Made by a program: the position numbers and the translations under genes
Assembly (NCBI GenBank): GCA_964016885.1
Contig: OZ024749.1
Location: forward strand, 44,578,001-44,642,000
Source of the DNA: Eledone cirrhosa
Taxonomy: Eukaryota
DNA: 64,000 nt
Reading direction: 5' to 3'
The notes under the pieces: generated by a model
The model's database searches: none
What the model was told of the DNA's origin: nothing
The model's input: the letters and a program-made list of their open reading frames with translations, nothing else
In this document: positions 1-14,420 of the stretch, piece after piece
Numbering within the stretch: position 1 is the first letter of the stretch
Layout of the letters: each line of letters starts with the position of its first letter

Positions 1-303
1 AAGTCAACTAGATCATTTTGTCATTTTTATGGAAACTGAGCGAAAGATCTTCCCACCCCCCCCACCACCCCCCAACACACACACACGCATACACACATCT
101 ACCCATCTCCTCACACACACACCTACACTAGCTGCTCCACCAAGCCTCTGTTGAAACAATGAGTGTTAATGACGTTTATAGAATACATACCACCTTCATT
201 GTTGGAGACATAGGATATTCGGGATGATTATATGCATTTCTGAATAGCAGAATTTGGTGATACGAAAAACAGAGAGAAATAGGGAGTGAGAATGATATAG
301 GGT

Positions 304-358
<55 letters not shown>

Positions 359-546
359 GGAGAGGGAGATAGTGAAAGAAAGAGGGAGAGTAAGAGGGAA
401 ATAAAGAGGGAGTTGGAGATAGAGAGGGGCAGTGGGGAGAAAGAGGTCTATATACGGAGAGAGTGAGAAGCACAGAGATAAATAGAGATTGGAAAATAGA
501 AGCTGAGGGTGATAGAAAGAGTTAAAATAATCATTACACATATATG

Positions 547-706
<160 letters not shown>

Positions 707-707
707 A

Positions 708-960
708 ACGCACGTGGCCTAGTGGTAAGAGTGTTGGACTTACGAAAATAATGTCGTTGACTCGATTCCTGGGTTGCGTGTTGTGTTCTTGAGCAAAACA
801 CTTCATTTCACGTTGCTCCAGTATACTGAAATTGAGTACCAGCTATAGCTGGAGGTTTAACCCTGCGATGGACTGGCATCCTGTCCAGGGGGGAGTCTCG
901 TACTCTCAGTCGCTTCACGTCATGAAACCGGGATAAGCACCAAATGAGCGTTCTGGCTTA
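708..960 (+). mobile_element. tRNA-derived CORE-type SINE (family B)
   Basis: A-box-like TGGCCTAGTGG and degenerate B-box ACTCGATTCC. CORE-like TTGTGTTCTTGAGCAAAACACTT follows, then a tail CCCTGCGATGGACTGGCATCCTGTCCAGGGGGGAGT...GAAACCGGGATAAGC resembling widespread invertebrate SINE tails. Confidence 0.8.
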
Positions 961-982
961 AAAGGAATAAATATATATATAC

Positions 983-1023
<41 letters not shown>

Positions 1024-1100
1024 ATTGTTTATATATATATATGTAAATATGAATGTTTATCTATATACGTATATGTGCGTATATATATATATATATATAT

Positions 1101-1238
1101 AACGAAGGAAATGTGGTAAGGAACCAGGTGGACCATAACGCACCAAAGTACTCAATACTTGAGGTAGTAGAGTGGGTAATAGGAACCAGTAAGACCCCGA
1201 CAGCTGAGCTCAAGCCGTTTCGACGGCTAATTCTGGAC
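1101..1238 (-). mobile_element. TA-inserted Penelope-like terminus, family P1 (long arm only, 3' half of hammerhead)
   Basis: Near-identical to copies at 3954, 4151, 26766, 32979, 42433 and 51958; begins directly at (TA)n. Minus strand reads GAAA-CGGCT-TGAGCTC-AGCTG-TC-GGGGT. Confidence 0.75.
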
Positions 1239-1693
1239 TCATATGTATGTACATATATATATATATATATATGTACATACATAAACAGCTTTGGTTGTTT
1301 TACTATGCTTAAAACCGTCGTTCCGTAAGACGTATGTACCTGATTATGTGTGCAGTCTGATTTTCAGGATTTGACTGTTGCCTCGTAGATAATGGCCTCT
1401 CTCTCTTACATGACACATCTACAGGGCATGGGTTTCTCATGCTAGCATCAGGCTAGGTAGCGATGTGATGATTTATTGTTTATAATTCATTTAAAGTTGG
1501 GCATTGAACTAAAATTGACTGTAAGGTTGTGCCTTTTGAAATGTTTCCTCTAAAGTTGACTAGATTGGAAGTGTTTGCACTGACGTTCGGTGAGAAGGGA
1601 GGCGGGAACCATATTGTCCTATGGTTATATTTGAATCATATATATATATATATATATAAATGCATATATATGTATGTGTATGAGTGTGTGCAA

Positions 1694-1727
<34 letters not shown>

Positions 1728-1771
1728 CTTTCTCTATCTCTCTCTTTCTCTCTCTCTCTCTTTCTCTCTCT

Positions 1772-1861
<90 letters not shown>

Positions 1862-2159
1862 ACATACATTTGCGTGTGTGTGAGTGTGTTTGTGTATGCA
1901 TATATATACAGATGTAAGCTTGCAAACATATCTACATTAAAAAAATCCGCGACTTATATTTTTTTTTTTCAAAAAAAATTCGGTTTCATTTTTATGAAAT
2001 TTATCTTGCAGCCCTAATTCCATTATAAATGATATAAGCTTTCAGAACGCCATTGAGCATCATATCATTAGAATCTACTCACAATAACTGTTATCTCTTA
2101 TATAAAAATGAAAAAATATGAATTAAGCATAAAGTATTCCTCCTCATACTAAACATTTT

Positions 2160-2305
2160 CCTCTTCTTCTTTTTCTTCTTATTCCTCTCTTTCTTCTTCT
2201 TCTTCTTCTTCTTCTTCTTCTTCTTCTTCTTCTTCTTCTTCTTCTTCTTCTTCTTCTTCTTCTTCTTCTTCTTCTTCTTCTTCTTCTTCTTCTTCTTCTT
2301 CTTCT
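2160..2305. repeat. (TTC)n microsatellite
   Basis: Direct; source of the poly-Lys ORF. Confidence 0.97.
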
Positions 2306-2381
2306 TTCTCACTCTCTCTTTATATATATATATATATGTGTGCGTGTGTATGTGTGTGTGTGTGTGAGTGTGTGTGTGTGT

Positions 2382-2425
<44 letters not shown>

Positions 2426-2541
2426 GTTGTTATTATTATTATTATTATTGCTATCTTTATTATCTATATCTTTTCAGATAAATGTGAAGAAATCATCGAA
2501 AATCTTTGCAACTATATATATATATATATGTGTATATATGA

Positions 2542-2605
<64 letters not shown>

Positions 2606-2811
2606 TATATACATATTTCAGGTAAGCATAATTTTTTAAAAGTGTTTCATTCGCTTTCATATAATTATGTTATATAGTGTTGTTAAATTTCTTGTCTTGT
2701 TTAGGTATTTATTTATTCTCAGATGTATTTTTAACGATATATCTAATCTCTAACTATATTTAAAATATATCACACACTCAGTATTATGAAAAGAATTATA
2801 ATTCTTCTGAT

Positions 2812-2881
<70 letters not shown>

Positions 2882-3107
2882 ATTTCTTTTTTTACTTCTT
2901 GTAGATGATATAAGATTAAACAGATGTAATACCGTGATGCATCCTTACACATTCACAATCACACGCACACTCAGTCAAAATTACTCACACACACACACAT
3001 AACCACCCCTTTATATATATATATATGTATATATATGTATATATATGAGTGTGCTTGTGTGTGTGTGTATGTATATGGCCTATCTACCTCATCTTTCTTT
3101 CTGTTTT

Positions 3108-3155
<48 letters not shown>

Positions 3156-3166
3156 TACGAATATAC

Positions 3167-3220
<54 letters not shown>

Positions 3221-3498
3221 CTACATATAACGTGTGTATGAATTCCGGTATGTCCGTCTGTTTATACGCGCGTGTATCTCTATCTATGTGTAGGTGTAGA
3301 TATTTGGCTTTAAAGCAGAAAAATGTAACTGAATTCAGAGAAAGGAATATATATATATATATATTTTTAAAAAGCATAAGAGCTACATTAACACATTGTC
3401 TGTAGCTCTACAGATTATAACACACACCGGCAGACACGCACACGCACACACACACACAGACAGAGACACACACACACATATATATAAATATATATATA

Positions 3499-3558
<60 letters not shown>

Positions 3559-3577
3559 CTGGTACTTTCTTCGGTTT

Positions 3578-3630
3578 TAGCTGTCAAAACGGCTGGAGCT
3601 CAGCGGTCGGGGTCCTGACACTTTATCTAT

Positions 3631-3672
<42 letters not shown>

Positions 3673-3800
3673 GAAAAGAGTACGATCCCCGACGGCTGAG
3701 TTCCGGCCGTTTCGTTAGATCCGACAGCTAGATCGCCAGCTAAATATCGAGTACTCTGGTCCGTTATGGTCCACCTCGTTTCTTACCAAACCCTCCATCT
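3578..3800. mobile_element. Two diverged P1-related fragments (3578-3630, 3673-3800)
   Basis: Share CCCCGACGGCTGAG..GCCGTTTCG and GAGTACTCTGGTCCGTTATGGTCCACCT with P1 and with the copy at 42679-42871. Confidence 0.6.
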
Positions 3801-3953
3801 CAATTCTACTTTTGAAAGCATAAAGGAAACAAATATTCTTTAAAAGACTCCAGTTGCATTTTCGATTTCTTTTCCTTATACGTTCACTCGTGTAGGACAT
3901 CTCATTTATATATATATATATATATATATATCCGTGTATATATATATATATAT

Positions 3954-4095
3954 AACGAAGGAAATGTGGTAAGGAACCAGGTGGACCATAACGCACCAAA
4001 GTACTCAATACTTAGGGTAGCAGAGTGGCTAATAGGAACAGTACAGAATTAGCCGTCGAAACGGCTTGAGCTCAGCCGTTGGGGTCTTACTTGTT

Positions 4096-4098
<3 letters not shown>
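3954..4098 (-). mobile_element. P1 element with internal deletion of one hairpin arm
   Basis: AACGAAGGAAATGTGG start, (TA)n on both sides, ends GTTCCT like the other copies. Confidence 0.75.
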
Positions 4099-4150
<52 letters not shown>

Positions 4151-4152
<2 letters not shown>

Positions 4153-4343
4153 CGAAGGAAATGTGGTAAGGAACCAGGTGGACCATAGCGCACCAAAGTA
4201 CTCAATACTACTTAGGGTAGTAGAGTTGGTAATAGGAACGAGTAGGAACCCGACGGCTGAGCTTAAGCCGTTTCGACGGCTAATTCTAGTCCAGAATTAG
4301 CCGTCGAAACGGCTTGAGCTCAGCCGTCGGGGTCCTACTCGTT

Positions 4344-4346
<3 letters not shown>
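4151..4346 (-). mobile_element. P1 element with ~58-bp terminal fold-back hairpin
   Basis: Arm AGGAACGAG...TAATTCT is followed immediately by its reverse complement; flanked by (TA)n. Confidence 0.8.
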
Positions 4347-4405
<59 letters not shown>

Positions 4406-5238
4406 CATGTGTTGTTTCAAATAGTTAATATTTTCTCCTCTTCATTGTCCCCGTCAACCCTCTTCTATTCTTTATGTATTAAATTGTGATTAGTCGTTCT
4501 TCCTTCCAGAGTCACACAGTTTCTCTATCATTTTATATATATATACATATATTTTTGTCTGATTCTGTTCTATAAACGTCTCTCTCTCTTTCTATCTCCC
4601 AATCTCCTTCTATCTCCTATGCTGGCGCTTGTTCCTCTTATATCCCTCTACCTCCGACAATTCATATAGCCCTGATATTTTCCTATCCTTCCGCCATCAT
4701 CGTTTTCGTCCATCCAATAATTTTATGTTCAAAATATATGAGAGCAAACTTATTGGCATACGACACAAACTATGATGCCCTTTTACCAATTACAACATTA
4801 TCAACAACAACAACAATAACAGCCACAACAACAACCAAAACATCAGCAACTGCAACAACAACAAAAACAAAAACAACAACTATTATCACAATAGTTGTCA
4901 GTAATGCCACAACGTTCTTTAAGCTGTTTATCCTTTAGTTCGCTTGCACAAAATCTCTCTTCAATCAATCGTAATGAATTACTCATAACTCGCTCGCAGG
5001 TTTTCCTGTGTTCTGTTGGGGAAAATAGCCACGTGATCAACTAGGAAGCGGACTCTATAACAAAAGCGAGACACGCAGAAACCCTTCGTCCTAAATATTA
5101 CGACCGCTTCACGTTACACTTGGTCATTAAAGCATTTGTATGGTGGTAGAGAGCAAGAGGAAAAATTACTAACTCTGTCTATACAGGGGTCCGTATATCA
5201 ATGAGAGGGAATTGCAAGGAGAGGGACTGACGGTGAAA

Positions 5239-5297
<59 letters not shown>

Positions 5298-5310
5298 TTA
5301 TTATTATTAT

Positions 5311-5435
5311 TCTCTTTACGATCTGAGTTCAAATCCCGCCGAGGTTGACTTTGCCTTTCATCCGTACGGGGTCGATAAATTAAAGTACCAGTAATGCACT
5401 GGGTGATTGCAGGCCTTGTGCCTAAAGTAGAAACA

Positions 5436-5440
<5 letters not shown>
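5311..5440 (+). mobile_element. tRNA-derived SINE family A, 5'-truncated
   Basis: B-box GTTCAAATCC, central GACTTTGCCTTTCATCC..GGGGTCGATAAA..AGTACCAG, tail GCCTTGTGCCTAAAGTAGAAACA(ATT)n. Confidence 0.9.
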
Positions 5441-5483
<43 letters not shown>

Positions 5484-5704
5484 GTTCTTTGAGTCTCAGT
5501 CATTGATGTTAGTTAACTGGAAAGTTTGTTGAAATGAATATCAAGCCACTACCTGCAGCCTCAGATATTGAGGACGTATCGGAGGGTTCTTGCTGTTCCC
5601 AGCAAGCATGCCTTTTGAAGTGTTCCAAAAAGCGGGGCAGGGCAAATTTTCTTTAACCATCCCTGGAAACTTTTTGAGATAGTACCTAGTGCGCCTATGA
5701 CAAT
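5484..5704 (-). mobile_element. R4/Dong-type RLE non-LTR retrotransposon 3' fragment
   Basis: Reverse complement of 14195-14420 (IVIGALGT...QKACLLGTAR..LNI* plus the same 3' UTR); bounded by (AAT)n on the element strand at both ends. Confidence 0.88.
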
Positions 5705-5736
5705 TATTATTATTATTATTATTATTATTACTTACC

Positions 5737-5850
5737 ATTGTGCACTTTTACTCGACCTTATTGTAAACCCCCACTGTCCCTGTCTTTGTATTGTCCCCTA
5801 CATGTCGGCCCTTGTGGCTAATAAATGAAATCATTATTATTATCATTATT
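5737..5850 (+). mobile_element. Probable LINE 3' tail fragment
   Basis: Ends CCCTTGTGGCTAATAAATGAAATC(ATT)n; a similar tail lies on the minus strand at ~35815-35890 (CCCTGTATGGCTAATAAAGAAAATC). Confidence 0.4.
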
Positions 5851-6075
5851 TGGCCCAAGGATGCTATACTCATATTTCGTGAAACATCTTTAGCTTTTAT
5901 ATTATTGCCGTCTTGTGAAAATATGAATTCTTATGAATTCTTTCCATGGTCAGGAATGTATTGTGACCATTCCATATATATTTATAATACGTTCTGTATT
6001 TGTCTTACCCCACACAACATTTTCACTGCTTATCTCTTCCCCTCTCTATCTCTCCCTCTTTTCATTCGCCCTCAC

Positions 6076-6191
<116 letters not shown>

Positions 6192-6639
6192 GTGTGTGTG
6201 GTGTGTGAGTGTGAGACATTGAGAAACGTAGATATGTATATATATATTTATATGCTTCTGGCTATAATATCTTCCAGAATCTGTATAAATTTATATTGGA
6301 ATAGCAATGTTAGTTATATTAGTTAGAAACAAATCAGGGGATTTGAGAAATGGTTAGAATGCGAAGCACAATGATGTGTAGTGGAGAGTTACATTCCTTG
6401 ACTGTCTGCTATTAATTTCTATCAATGTCAACTTTGCTTTCCTTCCTATCGTGTTAAAAAAAAACTATATAGAATCAATCAAGTACTGTTACCAATATAA
6501 TCGATTATTTTCTTCCATGTAAGATGATATATTTTACGAAAATGATAATTGTATCGATAACAGAAACAGTTTATAATCGACAGTCGGTCGACTTTCGTCA
6601 AATCGGACTGAGGAAACAATGTTTCCGTTGGTCTTTCCA

Positions 6640-6786
6640 ATTGCTATCGGTCGCAACTCCAGGTAGAAGGAGCAACGTCAAATAAAGTGTCTTACCCAAG
6701 GACATAACGCATCGCCCGGTCCAGGAATCGAACTCATAGCCTCACGATTGCGAATCCAATTCTTTAACCCTCAACCACGCGCCTTC
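6640..6786 (-). mobile_element. CORE-type SINE (family B) fragment
   Basis: Minus strand: GGCGCGTGGTTGAGGGTT...GAGTTCGATTCC...GTTATGTCCTTGGGTAAGACACTT, homologous to 708-830. Confidence 0.75.
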
Positions 6787-6959
6787 ACTATTTGACTAGT
6801 TTAAATGCTAAAGTGTTAAAAAGACTTTTATTGTGTCACGAGTCCAATGATGGAGATTATAAGTTTAAACATGGCGGAACTTCCGGTTTCACCTTTGTTT
6901 TTCAAATATAGTTTCCTTCTTGCTTATGTTCTTGTTAATGTTTCTGTTGCGATTTTATC

Positions 6960-7885
6960 AGTGTACGTGTATGCATTCATTCATATGTGTGTGAATATGT
7001 CTCCATACGTATTTGTGTGTATGCGTGTGTATGTGCATGTGTGTTTGCGTCTTATTACGCATTTATGTATGTGCGTGTATCTATGTTTGGTTACGTATTT
7101 GTGTGTATGTGTGTGTGTATATATCTCTTCTTATATATGTCTGTGTATGTGTGTGTATGTGTGTGTATGTGTGTGTGTTTGTGTCTTCTTACGTATTTTT
7201 GTCTATGTTTGTGCATATATGTCTTATTGCATATGTATGTGTATGTGTTTGATTTTGTGTCTTCTCATGTATTTGTGTGTATGTGTGTGTGTTTGTGTCT
7301 TCTTACGTATTTGTGTGTATGTCTGTGTGTATATGTCTTTTTACGTATATGTATATATGTGTGTTTATATATGTCTCCTTATGTATATGTGAGCCTGTGT
7401 GTCTATTTGTGTGTGCATATATATATGCGTGTATATATATGCGTGTATATATGTCTTCTCACGTATTTCTGAGTATATGTGTCTGTTTGTGTGTGTATAT
7501 ATATCCTCCTATGTATTTATGTATATGTGTGTTTGTTAGTGTGTGCATATATGTATGTGTGTGCATATATATCTAGCTATGTATTTATGTGTATATGTGT
7601 GTCTGTTTGTGTGCTTATATATATATGTGTGTGTGTGTATATATATATGTCTTCTCAAGTATTTATGTGTATGTGTGTCTGTTTGTGGAAATATATATAT
7701 ATGCCTGTGTATATATGCCATCTCACGTATTTATGTTTATATGTGTGTGTGTTTGTGTGCATATATATGTATGTGCATATATGTTTTCTCACGTAATTCT
7801 GAGTATGTGTGTATGTTTGTGTGCATATATGTATGTGTGTGTATATATGCCTTCTCACGTATTTATATGTGTATAGATGTGTGAT

Positions 7886-7932
<47 letters not shown>

Positions 7933-8350
7933 CTATATATATCTCCCCACACATTCATGTGTACGTGCGTCTGTGCGTGTGTGCATATATATATATGTGC
8001 ATATTATGAATATGTGTGTGTATATATGTCTTCTCACGTATTCATGTGTGTATGTATGTCTGTTTGTGTGCATATATGTATGTGTGTGCATATATATCTA
8101 CCTATGTATTTATGTGTATATGTATGTCTGTTTGTGTGCATATATGTATGTGTGTGCATATATATCTACCTATGCATTTATGTGTATATGTATGTGTGTT
8201 TGTGTGCATATATGTATGTGTGTGCATATATATCTACCTATGCATTTATGTGTATATGTATGTCTGTTTGTGTGCATATATGTATGTGTGTGCATATATA
8301 TCTTCTCACATATATGTGTGTACGTGTGTCTGTTTGTGTGTGCACGCGTC
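6960..8350. repeat. Degenerate ~68-bp minisatellite built from TG/TA repeats
   Basis: Recurrent TCTTCTCACGTATTT/TCTACCTATG anchors; exact 68-bp spacing at 8097, 8165 and 8233. Confidence 0.85.
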
Positions 8351-8577
8351 TGTGCATTTCCTTTCGCTGTTTACATCAAATATAGAGACATTAAGTTATT
8401 GAGAATCACAGTAGCTATTCATGTTGTAATGACAGCAGTAATTATAATGTTAATAAGAGACAATAGGTTAACAATAATAACAGCTAAGTAATATTATTAA
8501 CCTTAACATCGACAAACAACAATATCAATATTACCCGTTAGTACTACTATGATATGATGTTGCTGTATTGGAGCTTT

Positions 8578-9895
<1,318 letters not shown>

Positions 9896-10295
9896 CGGCA
9901 TTAATTATTATTTGTCGCATTACATCGTTATGCATAAATTGTAAATAGATGAAGGGTAAAGTGATAACAAAAGAACGTCTGTGATTGGGAAATTAATTAC
10001 AATCCACCTGTGAAATGTCGGGTCGGTTAGTTTGTAAGGAAAATAGATAGACGGATAGATAGACAGATAGAGAAGGAGAGGGGGGGAAGATGGAGAGAGA
10101 AAGAGTGCGTGTGTGGGCTGAGGTGATTGAGAGACAGGGTGGGAGAGGGAAAGAGAAAGAGTGCGTGTGTGGCTGGGGGTGAGTGGGAGACAGGGTGGGT
10201 GTGTGGTGTAATGTGGATCATTAGACTTTTGTTGTTAAATATAATTAGTGACTCGTGTACGACGGAAGTTGTTGCTGAAGAAGCTACTGCTCCTA

Positions 10296-10337
<42 letters not shown>

Positions 10338-10371
10338 GTGATGCGTTTAGAATAATCTCTAAAATGAAGCA

Positions 10372-10591
<220 letters not shown>

Positions 10592-10729
10592 ATTCTATTC
10601 TATTATATATATATACACAATATTATATTCTATCATATATAAGTATATATATATATATATATATATACAATATTCTATTCTATTATATATACATATGTAT
10701 ATATATATATACATATACAATTTTATATT

Positions 10730-10792
<63 letters not shown>

Positions 10793-12321
10793 GTGTGTGT
10801 GAGGGTGTGTGTGTGTGTGTGTTAATCGAATACGTTTGATTTTGTTCATTGATACAGATACAAAGACACAGTTGATTGCTTAATTCCCGAGGTTCATCTA
10901 TCTAGGGCAGAATATCATTTACTTTTATTTCCCCTAAATTCGTTTTTTTTTAATTAATTACAGAAATAAAAAAAAAATGTTGCAAGTACTTAAAACTTAA
11001 TTGTTAATTTTTTTTTAACATGACAAAAGCCCAAACAAAAAAATATGTCAGAATACCGCTTATTTGCATTCTGGAATCTTTCATGTATAGATTGACTCAT
11101 AATTTACAACATCGATCTATTATATACCTTATTATACTACAAGCTTGTTTTTCTGATTTTAATTCTTACGAATATTTAGTGTCGTTGCAGAATATATTTC
11201 CGACTAACTTGCTTGCAAGTTCAATTCTAAAGCGAAAAATAAAGTTTATATTTTATATATCTGTTTCATACATAGTGATTCATTCATAAAGCTTCATCCC
11301 CCGATGAGGTTAAATGAGGCCGAAACTTTACCAGTATTGCCAAGCTGACTGGTATTAAATGTGGATGCGACATGGCCGAATGTTTAAAAACGTCCCTTGG
11401 AAATCACCAGGTCCAGGGATTTATCCCAATGCACGGCATATTTAGCAAGTGACAAATTCCAAAGAAATGGTCCAAGATATTTCTTGTGTAGGATATTGTA
11501 TAGCTAAGAATTGCTTGGAAATCCGTCGGATGGATTGAACCTGTAATTCAAAGGAATCAGACCTGTTATACATTATGTAACGTTTCCAGCCACATTCTTT
11601 ACAGATAATTGTTTCTACTTTTGGCACAAGAAAAGTAAAACCTACGGTATAAAAAGTACGATACAGCGAGAGAGAGAGAGAGCGAGAGAGAGAGCTGGGG
11701 GGGGGGGGGGGGGGGTTGGAGTGTGTGTGTGTTAAATATCTATCTATCCATCTAGCTATCTAATTTCATTCGCTGGCTGTCCCATTGTTCGAACAACTGA
11801 AAAACACATCATCGAAACTCATTGCGGTACAGACGAATGTCGGATGGCGGTTTAAAGATCTGATCTTCAAGAATATAAAAAAAAAAAAATAAAGTGGATG
11901 TAAACTTGAATATTAAAGGGATGTTATTCGGTTCTAAGACATGGTTTAACATAATTAAGATAAAAAATGTATTAAAATATATTAAGAACTATTGAAATTG
12001 TTACTGTCAGAGAAATTATACCAACAACTATCTTTTGTTACATACTGAAACATATATTTGTGAAAATCATTTCATACATGCTGATATATTCATGAAAGAA
12101 GAAATTATTTCTTTTAAAATTTACATTACAGAAATGAAAATTGTAAAAAAAATGAAAAATAATAATTTCAAGCAAGAAAAGTAAGGCCTGTGTTATAAAA
12201 TTACCATACAGTGAGACAAGGAGAGAGGGGGGGGGGGATATATAGAGAGAGTGTGAGAGAGAGAGAGACAAAAAGAGAGAAAGAGAAAGAGAGAGAGTGA
12301 AATATCTATCGAACAATCTAT

Positions 12322-12376
<55 letters not shown>

Positions 12377-12716
12377 TAATAAATGTCTGGTCTCATGACT
12401 GGTCAGTAATAGGCTTGCCAAAAGACTTGAATATAGTTTGCAGCTATGAAAGATCGTTAAATAATTGGCAGGCGTTTAGAGCCAAAGAAACATACGATTT
12501 GCTTGTAAGCTGTGCTTGTTCTGTATACTTAAAAACCATGCAGGTGTTTGTTGCTTCAAGCAAAACAGGTGAGAGGTATTAGTTAAATTTGTCCAAAACA
12601 AATTGACTTTTCGAGAATTTACAACCGACTTCTACTTATCTTTCATATATTTCTGTTTGTTTTTAGATTTTCATTTTTTTTTTAGTAAACTGATATATAT
12701 ATATATCAGTTTACTA

Positions 12717-12766
<50 letters not shown>

Positions 12767-12793
12767 ATATATATATATAAACACATATACACT

Positions 12794-12843
<50 letters not shown>

Positions 12844-13262
12844 CATGTATGTGCTGTATATGTGTAGGTGTGTACAAGTGCATGTGCGTGTATGTATGGT
12901 CATGTTCTCTTTTTAATCCTTTAATCTCATAATCTCTAGTTGTATTAATTAGCCAACGCGAGGATTCCATTAGTAATAGGAAATGGCATTTAACTCTGTA
13001 TATAGCTGACCACATACCTATCAAAGCAAACAAACCAAAACGTCCGAAAATCGCAATGATATTAGTAGGGCCTGGTCATAATATCAGAATATTTTCACAT
13101 GGGTTTCTTATTACGATGATATTTGTGTGATAATTCTTATATTTGCCATTTGTTTATAATTCATTGCTTGAAGATATCTTTAAGATATCCTAAGTATATA
13201 TATTATATAACTAAGCGGTGCTACACTATGAGGTGAAACAAGGAATCTCTAAGATCCTAAAG

Positions 13263-13695
13263 GGCGGTGGAGTGGCAGTATTGGTAGAGGTTCGGACACC
13301 ATGCTTTGACGCATTGAGTTACAGCCCTTGCCATTCTGAGTTAACTTTGTCTTTCATCCTTACGGTGTCGATAAAATAAAGTACCAGTAATGCACTGGGT
13401 TATTGCTGGCCTTGTGCCAAAAGTAGAAGCAATTATTGTGACATATTTATGTCGTATGGCGCTCTAACCACACTGCCAATAATAATAATAATAATTGTTT
13501 CTACTATGGGCACAAGGCCATCAATTTTGGGGAAAATCGATTAAATCGATCCCAGTGCATTACTGATGCTTCCTTTTATCGACACCGTAAGGATGTAACA
13601 CAATGCTAACCTCGACGGGATTTGAACTCATAACGTAAATGACCATCACTCTATGTCACAAAGCATGCTGTCCGACGCTCTACCGATACTGCCAA
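13263..13695. mobile_element. Two family A SINEs tail-to-tail (13263-13437 +, 13494-13695 -)
   Basis: A-box TGGCAGTATTGG head, central domain and AGTAGAA(A/G)CAATT tails on opposite strands. Confidence 0.9.
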
Positions 13696-13730
13696 TAATA
13701 ATAATAATAATTATTATTATTATAATAATA

Positions 13731-14420
13731 AACACCATATTGACAAAGAGGAGGCTCGCTCACTGTGTAGGATCTGTGGAGAGAGAGAGGAGACTGTGGC
13801 TCACATTGTATCCGAGTGTAAACACCTAGCCCAGACTAACTATAAGGGCTGGAGACATGATGTGATAGGCAGGGTGATCCACCGGCACCTATGAAAAGTA
13901 AACAATTTACCACATTCTGAGAAGTGGTATGAGTATAAGACCGAGCCGGTGATGGAAAACGATCAGGTGAAGATGCTGTGGGATTTTAGGATACAGACGG
14001 ACAAGAAACTGGAACACAATAGACCTTACCTGGTGGTTTTGGACAAGGAAACAAGATCGTGCCTGATTGTGGATGTGGCCTGCCCATTCGACACGAGAGT
14101 GCAAGAGAAGGAGAGGGAGAAAATTAACCGATACCAGGACTTAAAGTGGGAGGTAAAAAGGATTTGGAACTGCCATGAAGTCAAAGTGGTCCCGATTGTC
14201 ATAGGCGCACTAGGTACAATCTCAAGGAGTTTCCAGGGATGGTTAAAGAAGATTAGTCCAGCCCCACTTTTTGGAACACTTCAAAAGGCATGCTTGCTGG
14301 GAACAGCAAGAACCCTCCGATACGTCCTGAATATCTGAGGCTGCAGGTAGCAGCTTGATATTCATTTCAACAAACTTTCCAGTTAAATAACATCAATGAC
14401 TGAGACTCAAAGAACAATAA
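13731..14420 (+). mobile_element. 5'-truncated R4/Dong-clade non-LTR retrotransposon (CCHC knuckle + RLE endonuclease), inactive
   Basis: Translates CRICGEREETVAHIVSEC (13766-13819), RHD, LWDFRIQTD, RP(Y)LVV..IVDVACP..EKINRYQDL, VVPIVIGALG, LQKACLLGT. In-frame TGA at 13892; catalytic PD changed to PY. Flanked by (AAT)n. Confidence 0.92.

Noticed and set aside
13949-14338. 129-aa ORF as a host gene
   Set aside because: It is the truncated C-terminus of the R4/Dong element, with an upstream in-frame stop and a mutated catalytic Asp.
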